The position numbers were made by a program, and so were the translations under genes. From the human T2T-CHM13v2.0 reference genome, Homo sapiens, in the NCBI RefSeq assembly GCF_009914755.1, contig NC_060930.1: 64,000 nt of DNA; one strand, written 5' to 3'. Below, piece after piece: positions 59,316 to 64,000 of this stretch (the stretch's first letter is position 1; the number at the start of each line of letters is the position of its first letter). The notes beneath the pieces were generated by a model. The model ran no database searches and had not been told where the DNA came from. It saw only the letters and a program-made list of their open reading frames with translations.

Positions 59316-61119
59316 ATTTGCTGAGGAGTGTTTTACTTCCAATTATGAGGTCAATTTTAGAATAAGTGCAATGTAATGCTGAGAAGAATGTATATTCTGT
59401 TGATTTGGGGTGGAGGGTTCTGTAGATGTCTATTAGGTCTGCTTGGTCTAGAGCTGAGTTTAAGTCCTGAATATCTTTTTAAATTTTCTGTCCCATTGAA
59501 CTGTCTAATATTGACAATGGGGTGTTAAACTCTCCCACTATTATTGTGTGGGAGTCTAAGTTTCTTTGAAGGTCTTTAAGAACTTGCTTTATGAATCTGG
59601 ATGCTCCTCTATGGGGTGCATATATATTTAAGATAGCTAGCTCTTCTTGTGGTGTTGATCTCTTTACCATTATGTAATGCCCTTCTTTGTCTTTTTTGGT
59701 ATTTGTTTTTTTGAAGTCTGTTTTACCAGAGACTAGGATTGCAACCCCTGCTTCTTTTTGCTTTCCATTTGCTTGGGAAATATTACTCCATCCCTTTATT
59801 TTGAGCTTATGTGTGTCTTTGCATGTGAGATGGGTCTCCTAAATACAGCACACAGATGGGTCTTGACTCTGTATCCAATTTGCCAGTCTGTGTTTTTTAA
59901 TTGGGGCATTTAGCCCATTTACATTTAAGGTTAATATAGTTGCATAGGAATTTGATCCTGTCATTACGATGCTAGCTGGTTATTTTGCCCATTAGTTGAT
60001 AACAGTTTCTTCATAGTGTCAATGGTCTTTACAATTTTGTATGTTTTTGCAGCGGCTGGTACCCATTGTTCCTTTCCATATTTAGTGCTTCCTTCAGGAG
60101 CTCATGTAAGGCAGGCCTAGTGTTGACAAAATCTCTCAGCATTTACGTGTCTGTAAGGATTTTATTTCTCTTTCACTTATGAAGCTTAGTTTGGCTAGAT
60201 ATGAAATTCTGGGTTGAAAATTCTCTTCATTAAGAATGTTGAACATTGGCCCCCACTCTTCTTCTGGCTTGTAGGGTTTCTGCAGAGAGATCCACTGTTA
60301 GTTTGATGGGCTTCCATTTGTGGGTAACCTGACCTTTCTCTCTGGTTGCCCTTAACATTTTTTCCTTGATTTCAATCTTGGTGAATCTGAAGATTATGTG
60401 CCTTGGGGTTGCTCTTCTCAAGGAGTATCTTTGTGGTGTTCTCTGTATTTCCTGAATTTGAACGTTGGCCTGCCTTGCTAGGTTGGGGAAGTTCTCCTGG
60501 ATAATATCCTGAAGAGTATTCTCCAACTTAGTTCCATTCTCCCCATCACTTTCAGGTACACCTATCAAATGTAGATTTGGTCTTTTCACATAGTCCCATA
60601 TTTCTTGGAGGCTTTGTTCATTCCTTTTCATTCTTTTTTCTCTAATCTTGGCTTCATGCTTTATATCATTAAGTTGATCTTCAATATCTCATATCCTTTC
60701 TTCCACTTGATCAATTCAGCTATTGATACTTGTGTATGCTTCACGAAGTTCTCGTGCTGTTTTTCAGCTCCATCAAGTCATTTATATTCTTCTGTAAACT
60801 GGTTATTCTAGCTAGCAATTTGTCTAACCTTTTTTCAAGGTTCTAGCTTTGTTGCATTGGGCTAGAACATCCTCCTTTAACTCAGAGGAGTTTGTTATTA
60901 CTCATCTTCTGAAGCCTACTTCTGTCAATTTGTTAAACTCATTCTCTGTCCAGTTTTGTTCCCTTGATGGCAAGGAGTTGTGATCCTTTGGAGGAGAAGA
61001 GGCATTCTGGTTTTTGGAATTTTCAGCCTTTTTGTGCTGGTTTTTCCTCACCTTTGGATTTATCTACATTTAGTCTTTGATGTCGGTGACCTTCGGATGG
61101 GATTTTGGTGTGTATGTTC

Positions 61120-61978
61120 TTTTTTTTTTTTTGGCATTCAATCTTCTTTATTATGAAAACAACTATTTTGCTTATGTATCTATTCTGTGCTGCATTAGAA
61201 AGTTAGAATGTATACATATATTTTTCCCCACACTTCCTAAGAATGTTTGAAGCTTAAGCTTTTCTTTTTTTGATTTTTTATTTTATTTTTATTATTATAC
61301 TTTAAGTTCTAGAGTACATGTGCACAACGTGCAGGTTCGTTACATATATATACATGTGCCATGTTGGTGTGCTGCACCCATTAACTTGTCATTTATATTA
61401 GGTATATCTCCTAATGCTATCCCTCCCCCTCTTCCCCCACCCCACTGCAGGCCCAGTGTGTGATGTTCCCCTTCCTGTGTCCATGTGTTGTCATTTTTCA
61501 ATTCCCACCTATGAGTGAGAGAACCTGTGGTGTTTGGTTTTTTGTCCTTGCGATAGTTTGCTGAGAATGATGGTTTCCAGCTTCATCCATGTCCCTACAA
61601 AGTACAAGAACTCATCCTTTTTTATGGCTGCATAGTATTCCATGGTGTATATGTGCAACATTTTCTTAATCCAGTCTATCATTGATGGACATTTGGGTTG
61701 GTTCCAAGTCTTTGCTATTGTGAATAGTGCCGCAATAAACGTACATGTGCATGTGTCTTTATAGTAGCATGATTTATAATCCTTTGGGTATATACCCAGT
61801 AATGGGATGGTTGGGTCAAATGGCATTTCTGTGTTCTAGATCCTTGAGGAATCACCACACTGTCTTCTACAATGGTTGAACTAGTTTACAGTCCAACCAA
61901 CAGTGTAAAAGTGTTCCTATTTCTCCACATCCTCTCCAGCACCTGTTGTTTCCTGACTTTTTAGTTATCGCCATTCTA
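61120..61978 (-). mobile_element. 5'-truncated L1PA4-like insertion with ~125-bp 3' transduction, nested in the L1PA7 5'UTR
   Basis: L1 3' end 61298-61978, first A-tail ~61260-61297, non-L1 segment 61133-~61259 with AATAAA (61152-61147), second poly(A) 61120-61132. Confidence 0.88.
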
Positions 61979-62547
61979 CCCTGTTATGCAGGTCTGCTGG
62001 AGTTTGCTGGAGGTCCACTTCGGACCCTGTTTCCCTGGATATCACCGGCAGAGGCTGCAGAACAGCAAAGATTGCTGCCTGTTCCTTTCTCTGGAAGCTT
62101 CATCCCAGAGGGGCACCTGCCAGATGCCAGCTGGAGCTCTCCTGTGTGAAGTGTCTGTCGACTCTTGCTGAGAGGTGTCTCCCAGTCAGGAGTCACAGGA
62201 GTTAGGGACTCACTTGAGGAGACACCCCGTCCCTTAGCAGAGCTGGAGCACTGTGCTGGGAGATCCACTGCTCTCTTCAGGGCCGGCAGGCAGGACCATT
62301 TAAGTTGGCTGAAGCTGTGCCCACAGCCACCCCTTCCCCCAGGTGCTCTGTCCCAGGGAGATGGGAGTTTTATCTATAAGCCCCTGACTGGGGCTGCTGC
62401 CTTTCTTTCAGAGATGCCCTTCCCAGAGAGGAGGAATCTAGAAAGGAAGTCTGGCCACAGTGGCTTTGCCAAGCTGTGGTAGGCTCCGCCCAGTTTTAAC
62501 TTCCCAGCAGCATTTTGAGGGGAAAATCACCTATTCAAGCCTCAGTA

Positions 62548-63069
62548 ATGGTGGATGCTCCTCCCCTCACCAAGCTTGAGTGTCCCAGGTTGACTTCAGA
62601 CTGTTGTGCTGGCAGCAAGAATTTCAAGCCAGTGGATCTTAGCTTGCTGGGCTCTGTGGGGGTGGGATCCGCTGAGCTAGACCACTTGGTTCTCTGGCTT
62701 CAGCCCCCTTTCCAGGGGAGCGGGCGGTTCTGTCTCACTGGTATTCCAGGCACTACTGGGGTATGGAAAAAACTTTTGCAGCTAGTTCAGTGTCTGCCCA
62801 AACGACTGCCCAGTTCTGTGCTTGAAACCCAGGGCTCTGGTGGTGTAGGCACCTCAAGGAATCTCCTGGTCTGCGGGTTGCAAAGACCATGGGAAAGGCA
62901 TAGTATCTGGGCTGGAATGCATTATTCCTCACAGCACAGTCTCTCAAGGCTTCCCTTGGCTAGAGGAGAGAGTTCCCTGACCCCTTACACTTCCCAGGTG
63001 AGGCGACACCCCACCTTGCTTCAGTTCACCCTCCGTGGGCTGCACCCACTGCCTAACCAGTCCCAATGA
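62548..63069 (+). CDS. Putative L1 ORF0-homologous antisense ORF (173 aa) in the L1PA7 5'UTR; expression unproven
   Basis: ATG in gtaATGG context at the ORF0-equivalent position; MVDAPP..LTSDCCA..GSVGVG matches the ORF0 N-terminus; no stop until 63067-63069. Confidence 0.3.
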   Translation: MVDAPPLTKLECPRLTSDCCAGSKNFKPVDLSLLGSVGVGSAELDHLVLWLQPPFQGSGRFCLTGIPGTTGVWKKLLQLVQCLPKRLPSSVLETQGSGGVGTSRNLLVCGLQRPWERHSIWAGMHYSSQHSLSRLPLARGESSLTPYTSQVRRHPTLLQFTLRGLHPLPNQSQ

Positions 63070-64000
63070 GATGAACCAGGTACCTCAGTTGGAAATGCAA
63101 ATACCACCCACCTTCTTAGTTGATCTTGCTGGGAGCTGCAGACTGAAGCTGTTCCTATTTGGCCATCTTGCCAGCCTCAATATTTGTTTTTAAGAGTTTC
63201 ATCTGATGTGCTTATCTGGCTGTGTACCATATTGCCAATTAGCACTATAAAGTTTCTAGTCATGCAGGTGCTCTAGATATTTTGGTGCCTGAGTTACATA
63301 AATCTTTCACACAAAAAAAGATAAAGATGTACCTCCACTTTATTATAAAGAAAGTTGAAATAAGCCCATAGCCAGAGTGAAACGTAGAGTTAAATGCCTC
63401 TACAGAGGCATTATTAATTTTTATTAATAAAAAATAGGTTTTTATAGAATGTTTCCATTTCTTATGAACAAAGAAGAGCTAATAAATTCAAGTCAATGAC
63501 AGACTTTTAAATTCTGTGTGCTTTCTCCTGGGTACCCAGTACGGTTCATCCAGATTGACTACTAGGCTGTTAGAAGATATAACTGTATGATTACTAAAAT
63601 ATCATAACTAGGGCCACATAAATTTTTTAGGTAAAAATTCACGGATACTCGACAACATTTAACATTCTCACTAAATATTACAACTAATGTAATTACTTAA
63701 TAATACAATTAATAATATTAGCATTACCTTATCTGCTTTATAAAAGTAAACTATAGTAAATGTACTTATTCTTTTATTCTCATATAGCTCTGCTTTATTC
63801 AAATCCTTCTCTGGACATACTAAAGGCAACATAAAAGGAATCTTCTCCTTTCCAAACCAGGCAGTACTTTATAGCCAGATTAATTTTCATAAAATACTTA
63901 CACCATGTTACTTTTCCCCTTAACCACACCCAGTGATTTCCTAGTAATACTCAAAACAACCTAACCTGCATTTATTGCCTCTCATAAGCCTTGCCCATCC

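Overview
Primate (human-like) genomic DNA, apparently intergenic or deep-intronic and mostly transposable-element (TE) derived. I can support no host protein-coding exon, RNA gene or CRISPR array; nearly all ORFs in the track are fragments or antisense frames of LINE-1, MaLR, ERVL or Alu copies. Main contents: (i) a continuous ~23.5-kb nested TE stack (5616-29173: two L1MA, full THE1C provirus, two head-to-head L1PB, L1PA10-like, full-length L1PA5, two Alus) ending at an apparent deletion junction; (ii) an ERVL/LTR16 relic complex with nested MLT1C and MER4A (~38700-44745); (iii) a full-length L1PA7 (55907-63179, -) with a nested L1PA4 carrying a clear 3' transduction and target-site deletion, plus an open 173-codon antisense ORF0-like frame. 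Scattered Alu/FLAM/FAM, MIR, L2, MER5, MLT1 and an LTR48-like solo LTR are also present. Subfamily names come from remembered consensus diagnostics, not from a search. I do not see convincing evidence of a wholly new biological system; the best leads are the long ORF0 homologue, the 3' transduction, several templated-repair scars and a few candidate non-coding exons.
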